Shown piece by piece: positions 41,762 through 50,530 of a DNA stretch of 64,000 nt; position 1 is the stretch's first letter; each line of letters begins with the position of its first letter. A program made the position numbers and the translations under genes. Origin of the DNA: Candidatus Falkowbacteria bacterium GW2011_GWF2_43_32 (lineage in GTDB: Bacteria > Patescibacteriota > Patescibacteriia > Patescibacteriales > UBA12465); the NCBI GenBank assembly GCA_000999715.1, contig LCGL01000004.1, positions 44,289 to 108,288 of the forward strand, in the 5' to 3' direction. The notes beneath the pieces were generated by a model, which saw only the letters and a program-made list of their open reading frames with translations, was not told the origin of the DNA and did no database searches.

Positions 41762-43099
41762 TTATTGCAACAATAATTGATAAATTCCGGCTTGTTGGCC
41801 GATTTGCGCCCAAAAATACAAGAGATCGTTTTCGTCGTCCAGGACCGGCGAGGCGATTTCTTTCGTTTGCAGGATGGTCGTAATGGTTCCGGTTTGCAAA
41901 TCAAGGGCGTTCAAACTGCCGGCGCTCGAGAAAATCAGATATTTTTGATTTTTGTTCCAGATAATTTTTTTGATTTCTTCGCCGACGCGGGTAATCAGGG
42001 AGGCATTCTTCTGGTTTAAGTTTAGAAAATATATTTCCCAGGCGTTGTTGTACAGCAAAGATTCTTCGTCCAGCCATTGCCAACTGATGACGTTTTTTAT
42101 CGTGATAGTGTCGCCGAGATCGTTCGGATTAATCAGATAAAGAGTGCTGTTTTGATCATCGTAAAGGGCTAAACGATTTCTGCCGTCGGTGACAAAGCGA
42201 TAAGTGCCGACGCCGGGTAAAGAGATTTCTTGTTCCGTTTGGCGATCTGGCAACGAATATTTTCTGAGGACGATTCGTCCGTCAGCGGCGGCGACCAAAA
42301 ATAAGTCTTCGCCGCGCGGCTCGTAGGACAGATAATCTTCGCCGCTTAATAATCGGACAACTGTATTTTTATTCGTGTTGAGATAATTTAAAGAATTTTC
42401 ATGCCGAAAGTACAAGCGATCGGTATTTTCGTCGTTGTACCAGTAATCGGCGCCGGCGCCGATCAATTGCCGGTAATCAATATCTTTGGCGGCGTTAAAA
42501 TCCAACAGCCGTCCGGCCAGCAGTAATTTTTCTTCGTTTTTTTGCCAAGAGCTTTCCGGCGAAGACAGCACCGTCGCTTTTTCCAGGAGTCTTTCTTGTC
42601 CGGTTTTGACATTAATGATTTTTTCGGCGCCGCTCAGATAAAGATATTTGCGGCCGCGGCTCAACTGCAACTCACCGGTTTCGGCGGACGTCAGTAAGAG
42701 CGGCAAATCTTTTCGGAACAGGTTGATATCTTCCACAAAAGTCGTTTGACCGGAATAAATATTAATTCTTTTTTGAAAGGCCCAATATCCTTCCCGCTCC
42801 AAAACCAAATCATATTCGCCCGGAGCGAGATTTTTGATTTTAGCGGCCGTGGTTAAGGTCTCTTTTTTCCACGGCGCCAGAGCAAATTGAGTTTGTTCCC
42901 GGCCGTTTAAAGAAACGGTGGCACCGGCGGGAATAGTGTCTACCGCCAGCATGCCCGTTTTTAACAACAAACGATTGAAACTCGGCGGCCAGCCGAAATT
43001 TATTTTGTAACCGGAAGCGTAAAGGGAAACAAAAAACGTTGTTATCACGAAAACAACGATAAAACTGATAAAGAGATAATCTCTAACTTTTTTGGACAT
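41762..43099 (-). CDS. Membrane-anchored PEGA-domain protein with beta-rich C-terminal region
   Basis: N-terminal TM helix. The PEGA-like segment is LAPGEYDLVLEREGYWAFQKRINI. Confidence 0.5.
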   Translation of the reverse strand: MSKKVRDYLFISFIVVFVITTFFVSLYASGYKINFGWPPSFNRLLLKTGMLAVDTIPAGATVSLNGREQTQFALAPWKKETLTTAAKIKNLAPGEYDLVLEREGYWAFQKRINIYSGQTTFVEDINLFRKDLPLLLTSAETGELQLSRGRKYLYLSGAEKIINVKTGQERLLEKATVLSSPESSWQKNEEKLLLAGRLLDFNAAKDIDYRQLIGAGADYWYNDENTDRLYFRHENSLNYLNTNKNTVVRLLSGEDYLSYEPRGEDLFLVAAADGRIVLRKYSLPDRQTEQEISLPGVGTYRFVTDGRNRLALYDDQNSTLYLINPNDLGDTITIKNVISWQWLDEESLLYNNAWEIYFLNLNQKNASLITRVGEEIKKIIWNKNQKYLIFSSAGSLNALDLQTGTITTILQTKEIASPVLDDENDLLYFWAQIGQQAGIYQLLLQ

Positions 43100-43101
43100 A
43101 T

Positions 43102-44364
43102 TTAATCAAGACGTTGGATGTCGGCGCCTAATTTTTTGAGCCGTTCGTCCAATTTTTCGTAACCGCGATCCAACTGGTAGATATTGTCGATCTCTGTCGT
43201 GCCGTCGGCAATCAGCGCGGCAATTACCAAAGCGATGCCTGCCCGAATATCCGGGCTGATCAGTTTTTTGCCGTGCAAGCCGGTCGGTCCGGAAATGACC
43301 ACGCGATGCGGATCGCACATAATGATATTGGCGCCCATTTGAGAGAGCATGTCTGTCCAAATCAGCCGGCGATCGTAAATGGTTTCTTGAATCAGCGACA
43401 AGCCGTGTGCTTGGGTCATCAGGACCGCATAAGGTGATTGCAAATCAGTCGGAAAACCGGGATATTCATGAGTTTTAATATTGTAAGAACGAATGTTTTT
43501 CGACGGTTTCATCAATAGCCAGTCGGCGCCTTCCTCGTATTTTACGCCGATTTTATCAAAGACGGTCAGCAAACTTAGAATATGATCGGGATTGCAAGCG
43601 GTTATTTTTATTTCCGAATTGGTGGCCGCGGCCAACAAAGCGAAAGAACCGGTTTCGATTCGGTCGGGGATGATGTCAAAAGTGCCGGCGCTTAATTCGG
43701 TGACGCCCTCTATTTTAATGATTGGTGTTCCGGCGCCGCTGATTTTGGCTCCTTGTTCGTTTAAGTAGTCAGCCAAGGCTTTTATTTCCGGTTCCATGGC
43801 GCAGTTTTTCAAAATTGTTTCGCCGGGAATCAAACAAGCGGTCATCATCAAACTTTCCGTGACCGTGACGCTCACCGTAGAAAAAAAATAAGTCGTTCCT
43901 TGCAGTTTTTTTCCTTTGACCCGATAGCATTTGCCGTCTTCTTCTTCCACCGTCGCGCCGAAAGCCTTGAAACCTTCCAGAAACAGATCAATCGGCCGAC
44001 TGCCGGCGCCGATAACACAGCCGCCCGGGTGAGGGAAGCTGACTTCGCCGAAGCGGGCCAACAGCGGCCCGACAAACATGACCGATGTGCGAAATTTATC
44101 GGCCAGTTTCGAAGAGAGTTCGGTTTTATTGATATTTTTGGTATCAATTTCCGCGCTGGAACCGCGGTGAGTGATTTTTGCCCCCAAGTCGGTCAATAAA
44201 TCAAAAGATTTGCCGATATCTTCGATACCGGGAAGATTATTGACAGTGATAGTCTGCTCGGAGAGAATCGCGGCGGGGATAATTTTTAAAGCCGCGTTTT
44301 TGGCGCCGTTGATTTTGATTTCGCCGCTTAATCGGCGGCCGCCGGTAATGATGAATTTTGGCAT
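43102..44364 (-). CDS. murA: UDP-N-acetylglucosamine 1-carboxyvinyltransferase
   Basis: FIITGGRRLSGEIKINGAKNAAL N-terminus. 420 aa EPSP-synthase fold. Confidence 0.9.
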   Translation of the reverse strand: MPKFIITGGRRLSGEIKINGAKNAALKIIPAAILSEQTITVNNLPGIEDIGKSFDLLTDLGAKITHRGSSAEIDTKNINKTELSSKLADKFRTSVMFVGPLLARFGEVSFPHPGGCVIGAGSRPIDLFLEGFKAFGATVEEEDGKCYRVKGKKLQGTTYFFSTVSVTVTESLMMTACLIPGETILKNCAMEPEIKALADYLNEQGAKISGAGTPIIKIEGVTELSAGTFDIIPDRIETGSFALLAAATNSEIKITACNPDHILSLLTVFDKIGVKYEEGADWLLMKPSKNIRSYNIKTHEYPGFPTDLQSPYAVLMTQAHGLSLIQETIYDRRLIWTDMLSQMGANIIMCDPHRVVISGPTGLHGKKLISPDIRAGIALVIAALIADGTTEIDNIYQLDRGYEKLDERLKKLGADIQRLD

Positions 44365-44482
44365 ATTAGTAAAGCCCGGTTAAGATTATTTATAAGATAA
44401 CTATAGCCCATTTGTTGACATTTTTCAAATATTTGTTATTATTGAGTAATGTTAAGTAAAAAGGGATAATTTTTCAAATTTT

Positions 44483-44791
44483 ATGGCAAAAATTGCAGTA
44501 GTTAAAACAGGCGGCAAACAGTATAAAGTCCGGGAAGGGATGACTTTCAAGACGGAAAAATTGGAGGCGGCCCCGGGACAAAAGGTTAAATTGGAGACGC
44601 TTTTGATTGCCGATGGCGATAAATTAGACTTAGGTCAGCCGTCTTTGGGAGAAAAAGTGGAGGCGGAAGTTTTACAAACCGCCAAGGGCGATAAAGTGAC
44701 GGTCGTGAAATATAAGAATAAAACTCGTTATAAGAAAACGGTCGGTCATCGTCAGCAATTTACCGCTTTAAAAGTTTTGAAGATTGCTTAA
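44483..44791 (+). CDS. rplU: 50S ribosomal protein L21
   Basis: MAKIAVVKTGGKQYKVREG... bL21 signature. 102 aa. Confidence 0.85.
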   Translation: MAKIAVVKTGGKQYKVREGMTFKTEKLEAAPGQKVKLETLLIADGDKLDLGQPSLGEKVEAEVLQTAKGDKVTVVKYKNKTRYKKTVGHRQQFTALKVLKIA

Positions 44792-44828
44792 ATCGGAGAT
44801 TGTTAAAAAAATATTAGAAAATAAAAAA

Positions 44829-44858
44829 GCCCGTTGTTATCATGCAACGGGCTTTTTG
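44829..44858. terminator. Bidirectional intrinsic terminator between rplU and recR
   Basis: GCCCGTTG-ttatcatg-CAACGGGC perfect 8-bp stem, flanked by AAAAAA on one side and TTTTT on the other. Confidence 0.8.
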
Positions 44859-44891
44859 AGTTTCGGGTTTGATGATCGGCGTTTTCATGTT

Positions 44892-45479
44892 TTAATGCCG
44901 ATTTTTTAACGCGCTCGCCAAAGTCAGTTCGTCGGCATATTCCAAATCGGAACCGGCCGGCAGGCCTTTGGCCAGGCGGGTTACTTGGAGATGATTTTTT
45001 AGAATCTTATTGAGATATAAGGCGGTGGTTTCGCCCTCCAAAGTGAAGTTGAGCGCCAAAATTATTTCTTTGATTTTGTCCGTTCGTATTTTCTTGAGCA
45101 ATTGATCAATATTCAAATCTTCCGGTCGGACTTCGTTGATGGTGTTTAAGAGCCCGTCGAGAACGAAATAGCGACCGTGATATTGTCCGGTCGCTTCCAA
45201 GGCCGATAAATCTTGGGTGTTTTCCACGACACACAATAGATCGGTCTGGCGATTTTGATCGGCACAAATCGGACAAGGATTGTTTTCCGACAAGGCAAAA
45301 CAGGTTTGACAAACGGTCGTTTTCGATTTTAATTCGTTGATGGCCGTGGCCAAAGTTTTTAATTTTTCGCCGCTTTGTTTAAGCAGATGGAAAACATAGC
45401 GTTCGGCCGTTTTGGGGCCGACGCTGGGCAGTCCGGAAAGCTCGTTTATCAAGTTTTGAATCGCGGCGGGGTATTTCAT
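44892..45479 (-). CDS. recR: Recombination protein RecR
   Basis: HhH motif LPSVGPKTAERY, C4 zinc finger CQTC...CPIC, Toprim domain. Confidence 0.9.
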   Translation of the reverse strand: MKYPAAIQNLINELSGLPSVGPKTAERYVFHLLKQSGEKLKTLATAINELKSKTTVCQTCFALSENNPCPICADQNRQTDLLCVVENTQDLSALEATGQYHGRYFVLDGLLNTINEVRPEDLNIDQLLKKIRTDKIKEIILALNFTLEGETTALYLNKILKNHLQVTRLAKGLPAGSDLEYADELTLASALKNRH

Positions 45480-45513
45480 TTGAAAAGCGATAAAAATATT
45501 TATCGGTTATTTT

Positions 45514-45789
45514 TTAGTTCATCCCCGGTAAACCGCCCATATCCTGCAGCTTTTTGGCCATGATTCGTTGCGCGCGTTTGAGCGCGTCGTTAAAACAACT
45601 TTTCACGGTATTTTCTTGCGCCTCTTTTGACAAGCTGTCGCTGAGTTTTAATTCAATGATTTCCATATTGCCGTTTAAGACAATTTTAACGCCGTTTTTT
45701 TCTTCGGTGACAGTCTCCTGCGCCAAGGCGCTTTGCATGGTTTTCGCTTGGGAACGCAAATCTCTAAATTGTTTCAGTTTACTGAACAT
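45514..45789 (-). CDS. ybaB: Nucleoid-associated protein YbaB/EbfC
   Basis: 91 aa. Typical KQ...MQ... N-terminus and C-terminal GLPGM. Confidence 0.8.
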   Translation of the reverse strand: MFSKLKQFRDLRSQAKTMQSALAQETVTEEKNGVKIVLNGNMEIIELKLSDSLSKEAQENTVKSCFNDALKRAQRIMAKKLQDMGGLPGMN

Positions 45790-45805
45790 AAGATAAAAAT
45801 TAATT

Positions 45806-47254
45806 TTAAAATTCTATCGGTTTTGATTCGGCCTCGCTATTGCCGTCGACGCTGGTGTTGCCGCCGCCGGATTTTTTGCTCAAACTTTTGAAATTGACGG
45901 TATTTTCGTCAAAAAATAAATCGATTTTTCCGGTCGGACCGTTGCGATGTTTGGCGATATGGATTTCCGCTTTATGGCGTTCTTCCAGCGGCAAGTCATT
46001 GGGATTATAACCGCGATCGGCCGCTTTGCGGTAAATGAACATTACAATATCAGCGTCTTGTTCAATGGAGCCGGAATCGCGCAAGTGCGACAATTTGGGA
46101 ATCGCCGGATGAGTAAGTTCCACGGCACGGGACAGCTGAGCCAAAGCGAGAATGGGAATATTCAATTCTCGGGCGATGGCTTTCAAGCCGCGGCTGATTT
46201 CGGCAATTTCTTGGACGCGATTGTCGCCATATTTGCCGCGACCCTCCATTAATTGCAGGTAATCGATGACAATCAGGCCCAGGCCTTTTTCCATTTGTAA
46301 ACGTCGGGCTTTGGCGCGGATTTCCATAATGGACAGAACGCCGGAATCGTCAATATAAATCGGCGCTTCGGCCAATTTGCCCATCGCTTCGCCGATGCGG
46401 GCGAAATCGTTATCCTCTTCTTTGTCGGACAAATTGCCGGTGCGCATCTTCCATAAACTGACATTGGCTTGAGCGCAAAGCAGACGATCCACCAGTTGTT
46501 CTTTGCTCATTTCCAAGGAAAAAATGCCGACGCCTTCTTTGCTTTTGATGGCCGCTTGGCGGGCGATGTCCAAAGCCAAAGCGGTTTTACCGACAGACGG
46601 ACGGGCGGCCAAAATTATCAAATCCGATTTTTGCAAACCGGCCAAAAGATTGTCCAAGTCCGGGAAACCGGTGGGCAGTCCCCGCAATTTTCCGCTGTAT
46701 TTATGGAGTTCGTCAATACGATCAAAAGCAGCGGTGAGCAAATTGTCCAAAGGCAGAAAGGCGTTTTTTAAATATTTGCGGGAAACGCCGAATACTTTTT
46801 TTTCGGTTTCATCCAGAATTTCGTCAATATCTCTTTCTTCGTTAAAGCTTAAGCTGGAAATTTCCGCCGCGGTTTGCTGTAAACGGCGCAGAGTCGCCTT
46901 GCGTTGGATGATGCTAGCGTAATTGGCGACATTGCCAGAAGTGGCAACGGTGTTACTGAGTTGGGCAAGATAGGTGCGACCGCCGACAGCGGCTAATTTA
47001 TTTTTTTCTTCCAAGCGGTTAACGATGGTGATAATATCAATCGGTTCTTGATGATTATATAATTCTTTGATGGTTTCGTAGATGATTTTATGGCCGTCTT
47101 TATAAAAATCCTGAGGCATGATGTTGTCGGCCACCTTGATAATCGCGTCTTTATCAATCAAAAGAGAGCCCAAGAGAGATTCTTCGGCTTCCAAACTGTG
47201 CGGCGGCACTTTAGCCATTAAGTCGCTGGTGATGTTTTTGTTATTGTCAGACAT
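45806..47254 (-). CDS. dnaB: Replicative DNA helicase DnaB
   Basis: N-terminal DnaB domain (PPHSLEAEESLLGSLL). Walker A ARPSVGKTALAL. RecA-like C-domain. Confidence 0.9.
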   Translation of the reverse strand: MSDNNKNITSDLMAKVPPHSLEAEESLLGSLLIDKDAIIKVADNIMPQDFYKDGHKIIYETIKELYNHQEPIDIITIVNRLEEKNKLAAVGGRTYLAQLSNTVATSGNVANYASIIQRKATLRRLQQTAAEISSLSFNEERDIDEILDETEKKVFGVSRKYLKNAFLPLDNLLTAAFDRIDELHKYSGKLRGLPTGFPDLDNLLAGLQKSDLIILAARPSVGKTALALDIARQAAIKSKEGVGIFSLEMSKEQLVDRLLCAQANVSLWKMRTGNLSDKEEDNDFARIGEAMGKLAEAPIYIDDSGVLSIMEIRAKARRLQMEKGLGLIVIDYLQLMEGRGKYGDNRVQEIAEISRGLKAIARELNIPILALAQLSRAVELTHPAIPKLSHLRDSGSIEQDADIVMFIYRKAADRGYNPNDLPLEERHKAEIHIAKHRNGPTGKIDLFFDENTVNFKSLSKKSGGGNTSVDGNSEAESKPIEF

Positions 47255-47334
47255 TATTTTCAGCTTAAGGTTTTTTTATTTTAACTCATTTCGGCTGGCT
47301 TTTCAAGCACAGTTTGTACGCAGTTTGTCCCCAA

Positions 47335-47378
47335 TTAAAAAAGCCGCCTGGACGCCGGGGCGATTTGGGCGGTTTTAT
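47335..47378 (-). terminator. GC-rich hairpin + T-tract downstream of the tRNA-Thr gene (minus strand)
   Basis: Minus-strand read CCGCC...GGCGG stem with inner GC pairs, followed by CTTTTTT. Confidence 0.5.
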
Positions 47379-47380
47379 TG

Positions 47381-47453
47381 AGCCATCTGTCGGATTTGAA
47401 CCGACGACCTGCTGTTTACAAGACAGCTGCTCTACCAGCTGAGCTAAGATGGC
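47381..47453 (-). tRNA. tRNA-Thr (anticodon UGU)
   Basis: Hand-folded cloverleaf: 7-bp acceptor GCCATCT/AGATGGC, D-arm GCTC/GAGC, anticodon stem GCTGT/ACAGC with loop CTTGTAA, T-arm GTCGG-TTCAAAT-CCGAC. No encoded CCA. Confidence 0.85.
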
Positions 47454-47485
47454 TTGATATGATTTTAGATAGGTTTATGGCAAGA

Positions 47486-47561
47486 TGGTGCGCCCAGCAG
47501 GATTCGAACCTGCGACCATCTCCTTAAAAGGGAGCTGCTCTACCAACTGAGCTATAGGCGC
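47486..47561 (-). tRNA. tRNA-Lys (anticodon UUU), CCA encoded
   Basis: Hand-folded cloverleaf: acceptor GCGCCTA/TGGGCGC, anticodon loop CTTTTAA, T-arm GCAGG-TTCGAAT-CCTGC, 3' ACCA. Confidence 0.85.
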
Positions 47562-47582
47562 TTGATTGTAAATAAAACGGCT

Positions 47583-47611
47583 TAGATAACAAAAGATTTT
47601 TATTTTGACAA
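47583..47611 (-). promoter_or_regulatory. Candidate promoter for the tRNA-Lys/Thr transcript (minus strand TTGTCA-17-TATCTA)
   Basis: The -10 lies about 21 nt upstream of the mature tRNA-Lys 5' end. Confidence 0.3.
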
Positions 47612-47790
47612 GCGTTGATCTTATCTTTTTATTTATAATTCCATTTTTCGCGATTGGCCGCCGGTTTGCCGGAATTCTCGGAAAAACAATAAATGGGTAG
47701 GTATTTCGGTTAAGATAGCCAAGGTTGATTTTTATATTTATCCGTGTTATTATATTGCCTAAGTTCGTTAAATAAATTAAATGTAAAATC

Positions 47791-48105
47791 ATGAGATCCT
47801 TTGGAAATAAATTCGAACGGTCGGCCACAGACGATAGTGCTTTAGTGGCGATAGCCGAGGACGGCGTTGATATCTTGGCCAAAGATTTGGCGAACAGAAA
47901 TTGGACTAAAATTTGGGATAGCCTGTGCAATTCCGAGTTAAGTAGTCCTCCCATCACCGCCAAGATGTCACCTGAAGCCCAAGAGAAATTTAAAAGTATT
48001 GTTAAGGAAACTAAAGAAGCCTTTGTCGAGGAAAAAGAAAATATGGCTAAATATTTAGTTAATCCTCTCCGACAAGCTTTGGAAAAAATGCTTGAAAAAC
48101 TTTAA
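47791..48105 (+). CDS. Hypothetical protein
   Basis: 104-aa ORF ending 25 nt before a strong terminator. No motif recognised. Confidence 0.4.
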   Translation: MRSFGNKFERSATDDSALVAIAEDGVDILAKDLANRNWTKIWDSLCNSELSSPPITAKMSPEAQEKFKSIVKETKEAFVEEKENMAKYLVNPLRQALEKMLEKL

Positions 48106-48129
48106 ATGACTCCTGGTGCTTGAAAGTTA

Positions 48130-48160
48130 AAGAGTGTGTTGAACCACACTCTTTTTTATT
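48130..48160 (+). terminator. Intrinsic terminator
   Basis: AGAGTGTG-ttgaac-CACACTCT perfect 8-bp stem followed by TTTTTTATTT. Confidence 0.65.
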
Positions 48161-48177
48161 TGTAGTCCCTAGGGGAA
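48151..48177. repeat. Direct repeat copy A: 27 nt identical (1 mismatch) to the tRNA-Glu 3' end plus trailer at 48363-48389
   Basis: TTTTTTATTtGTAGTCCCTAGGGGAAT versus TTTTTTATTaGTAGTCCCTAGGGGAAT. The last 16 nt correspond to the tRNA-Glu acceptor and T-stem 3' strand. Confidence 0.8.
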
Positions 48178-48362
48178 TTCCGCCTCACTCGCGGACCAGT
48201 CCGCTCGTTCGTTGTCGCGGTCAGCGTCCGAAGCTCCCCCGGAGCTTCGTCCGACGCTCGCTACGGTGCCACTCTGCTGAGCGGCCCCTAAGCTCGCTTC
48301 TGACCTGTTTGCTTCCCCTAGTTGCGAATTAATAATAAAAAATATCCAGTATTCACTGGATA
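48178..48362 (+). other. 185-bp GC-rich structured element bracketed by the tRNA-Glu 3'-end direct repeats; candidate integration scar or small ncRNA
   Basis: Markedly GC-rich (about 60%+ by eye) in AT-rich context. Contains long imperfect hairpin AGCGTCCGAAGCTCC-ccc-GGAGCTTCGtccGACGCT. 5' CTAGGGGAA can pair with 3' TTCCCCTAG. Preceded and followed by + strand terminators. Confidence 0.4.
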
Positions 48363-48370
48363 TTTTTTAT
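48342..48370 (+). terminator. Intrinsic terminator
   Basis: ATATCCAGT-attc-ACTGGATAT perfect 9-bp stem followed by TTTTTTAT. Confidence 0.55.
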
Positions 48371-48389
48371 TAGTAGTCCCTAGGGGAAT
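48363..48389. repeat. Direct repeat copy B (tRNA-Glu 3' 16 nt + 11-nt trailer)
   Basis: See copy A at 48151-48177. Confidence 0.8.
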
Positions 48390-48445
48390 CGAACCCCTAT
48401 TACCAGGATGAGAACCTGGCGTCCTAACCGTTAGACGAAGGGACC
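48374..48445 (-). tRNA. tRNA-Glu (anticodon CUC as folded)
   Basis: Hand-folded cloverleaf: acceptor GGTCCCT/AGGGACT, D-arm GTCT/GGAC, anticodon stem CCAGG/CCTGG with loop TTCTCAT, T-arm AGGGG-TTCGATT-CCCCT. No encoded CCA. Confidence 0.8.
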
Positions 48446-48453
48446 AAATATCG

Positions 48454-49374
48454 TTAAATTTTATGTCCATTCAAGAATTCTGTCGCGGTCATGATTTTTT
48501 TGCCGGCCGGTTGCAATTTCAGTATCAATAAAGCGCCTTGTCCGCATTGAATCGCCAGTTTTCCTTCATGGAGAAATAAGGTCCCGATCGGCCAATTGTT
48601 TCCCGATAAAATTTGGGGAGAAACTTCGATTATTTTTAGAATTTTTCCGTTGTTCTCGCCGTAGGTTCCGGGCCAGGGATTGTAAGCACGAATCATCCGT
48701 TCAATTTTTGAAGCCGATTCTTGCCAAACAATTTTCCCGTCTTCTTTTTTCAAAACCTTGATGTAACTGGCTTGAGATTCGTCTTGCGCTTGCGGCACGA
48801 GTTGTCCGTTGATGAAATCACGGAGAGTCGGTGACAGTAATTTTGCGCCGGCCTTGGCTAATTTATCATGAACCGTTTCCAGGGTTTCTTGGCCGTTCAA
48901 TTTTATTTTAGCTTGCCGTAAAATCGGACCGGTGTCAAGCCCGGCGTCCATTTTCATGATGGTCACTCCGGTTTCCGCATCGTTATTCAAAATCGGCGCA
49001 TTTAAACAAGCCGCGCCGCGATATTTGGGAAGCAGGGAGGCATGAACATTGATACAACCGAAAGTCGGTATGTCCAAAATTGCTTGAGGAATAACTTGTC
49101 CGTAAGCGATGACGACGATAATATCCGGTTGCAGATTGTCGATAATTTCCGTGGCGGTTTTAATTTTATCCGGCTGAAAGATTTTTAAATTGTTTTTTAA
49201 AGCCAGTTTTTTGACCGGGGAAGCCGTCAAAACCTGTTTTCGCCCCACCGGTTTATCCGGTTGCGTAAAAACGCCGACGATTTCATAAGTCGGCTCGTTC
49301 AACAAGGCGCTGAAGCCGGGCAAAGAAAATTCCGGCGTACCCATGAAGATCAGTTTATATTTTTTTTCCGACAT
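48454..49374 (-). CDS. fmt: Methionyl-tRNA formyltransferase
   Basis: N-terminal formyltransferase domain (LIFMGTPEFS..., HASLLPKYRGAA). C-terminal Fmt domain. Confidence 0.9.
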   Translation of the reverse strand: MSEKKYKLIFMGTPEFSLPGFSALLNEPTYEIVGVFTQPDKPVGRKQVLTASPVKKLALKNNLKIFQPDKIKTATEIIDNLQPDIIVVIAYGQVIPQAILDIPTFGCINVHASLLPKYRGAACLNAPILNNDAETGVTIMKMDAGLDTGPILRQAKIKLNGQETLETVHDKLAKAGAKLLSPTLRDFINGQLVPQAQDESQASYIKVLKKEDGKIVWQESASKIERMIRAYNPWPGTYGENNGKILKIIEVSPQILSGNNWPIGTLFLHEGKLAIQCGQGALLILKLQPAGKKIMTATEFLNGHKI

Positions 49375-49389
49375 GATATTATTAGAAAT

Positions 49390-50019
49390 ATGTTTATTGC
49401 TTTCATTACCTGGTTATTAGCGCTGACCGCCAATCTCGGTTATTGGGGGGTTTTTATTTTAATGACGGTGGAAAGTTCGTTTTTTCCTTTCCCTTCGGAA
49501 TTGGCCGTACCGCCGGCCGCTTGGCTGGCCAGTCAAGGACAGCTGAATTTGATATTGATTATTTTGGCCGGCACTTGTGGCAGTTTGCTCGGAGCCCTGT
49601 TTAATTATTATTTGGCTTTATGGCTCGGTCGGCCCCTGGTGTATAAATTATTGGATACGCGCGTCGCCAAAATATTGAGAATCAAACAAGTTGACCTGGA
49701 AAGGGCGGAGGCGATGTTTTTGAAAAATTCCCGGCAGGCGACTTTTATTGGCCGCTTGATTCCGGTGGTGCGTCAGTTGATTTCCATTCCGGCGGGTTTT
49801 ACCGGCATGCCGCTCGGCCCCTTTGTCGCTTTGACGGCTCTGGGTGCTTTTATTTGGACTTCCATCCTGGCTTTATTGGGTTATATTTTGGGATCGAATC
49901 AATCGCTGTTGATCAGATATTATGACGAATTACAGCTGTTTATCTTCATTGCCGCCGGTTTGTGGTTGGCTTCTTTCCTGTTGAAAAAACGGCGAAAATA
50001 TTTAGCCGGAAAAAAATAG
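49390..50019 (+). CDS. DedA/SNARE-associated family membrane protein
   Basis: YWGVFILMTVESSFFPFPSE...RLIPVVRQLISIPAG, typical DedA motifs. Start taken at MFIAF. Confidence 0.7.
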   Translation: MFIAFITWLLALTANLGYWGVFILMTVESSFFPFPSELAVPPAAWLASQGQLNLILIILAGTCGSLLGALFNYYLALWLGRPLVYKLLDTRVAKILRIKQVDLERAEAMFLKNSRQATFIGRLIPVVRQLISIPAGFTGMPLGPFVALTALGAFIWTSILALLGYILGSNQSLLIRYYDELQLFIFIAAGLWLASFLLKKRRKYLAGKK

Positions 50020-50022
50020 ATT

Positions 50023-50499
50023 TTATTTTTTTTCCACCAACTTATCAATGAATAAAATGCCGTCCAGATGATCGATCTCATGCTGGATGACGCGCGCCAA
50101 TATTTTTTCGGCGCTTATTTTTTTTACTTTGCCTTTTTCATCAAGATAGGCGCAGCTGATTTTTTTATGTCTGGCCACCGGACCGTAGATGATTTCTCCT
50201 TTGTCGTTTAAGACCGAAAGACAACCCTCGTCTTCAATTTCCCGCGCCCAGGACTTTTTGGTCAGACGGGGGTTGATCATAAAGAGGGTTTTATTTCCTT
50301 TCTGTACGACGATTGCCCGAATATTTTGTCCGACTTGCGGCGCGGCCAGACCGGCGCCGTCCTTTTTGATCATCGTTTCCGCCATATCTAAAAGAAGCTG
50401 GCGGAATTCGGCTTGAACAAATATTTCCTCGGAGATTTCTTGGGATTTTTTTCGTAGAATCGGATGAGGATTGAGAACTATTGGTAATTCTTTAGGCAT
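50023..50499 (-). CDS. def: Peptide deformylase
   Basis: Motifs GLAAPQVG, EGCLS, HEIDHLDG. Confidence 0.9.
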   Translation of the reverse strand: MPKELPIVLNPHPILRKKSQEISEEIFVQAEFRQLLLDMAETMIKKDGAGLAAPQVGQNIRAIVVQKGNKTLFMINPRLTKKSWAREIEDEGCLSVLNDKGEIIYGPVARHKKISCAYLDEKGKVKKISAEKILARVIQHEIDHLDGILFIDKLVEKK

Positions 50500-50530
50500 A
50501 TATATGGAAACCGTCTTGAAAAGATCGGTG

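Noticed and set aside
47475-47963. 162-aa minus-strand ORF spanning the tRNA-Lys gene and its promoter region
   Set aside because: It reads straight through a perfectly folding tRNA (its C-terminus IAQLVEQLPFKEMVAGSNPAGRTILP is tRNA sequence translated) and through AT-rich intergenic DNA. Spurious.
48120-48332. 70-aa plus-strand ORF in the GC-rich element (MKVKECVEPHSFLFVVPRGIPPHSRTSPL...)
   Set aside because: It begins inside a terminator hairpin and runs through the tRNA-derived direct repeat. The Arg/Pro/Ser-rich translation is typical of GC-rich non-coding sequence read in frame. It is treated as a structured non-coding element.
48178-48362. Identification of the GC-rich element as SRP RNA, tmRNA or RNase P RNA
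   Set aside because: Its length (about 185 nt) and the absence of the SRP domain-IV GGAA/AGCAGCC motifs, of the tmRNA tRNA-Ala-like ends or of RNase P P4 sequences argue against these. It is left as an unclassified structured element.
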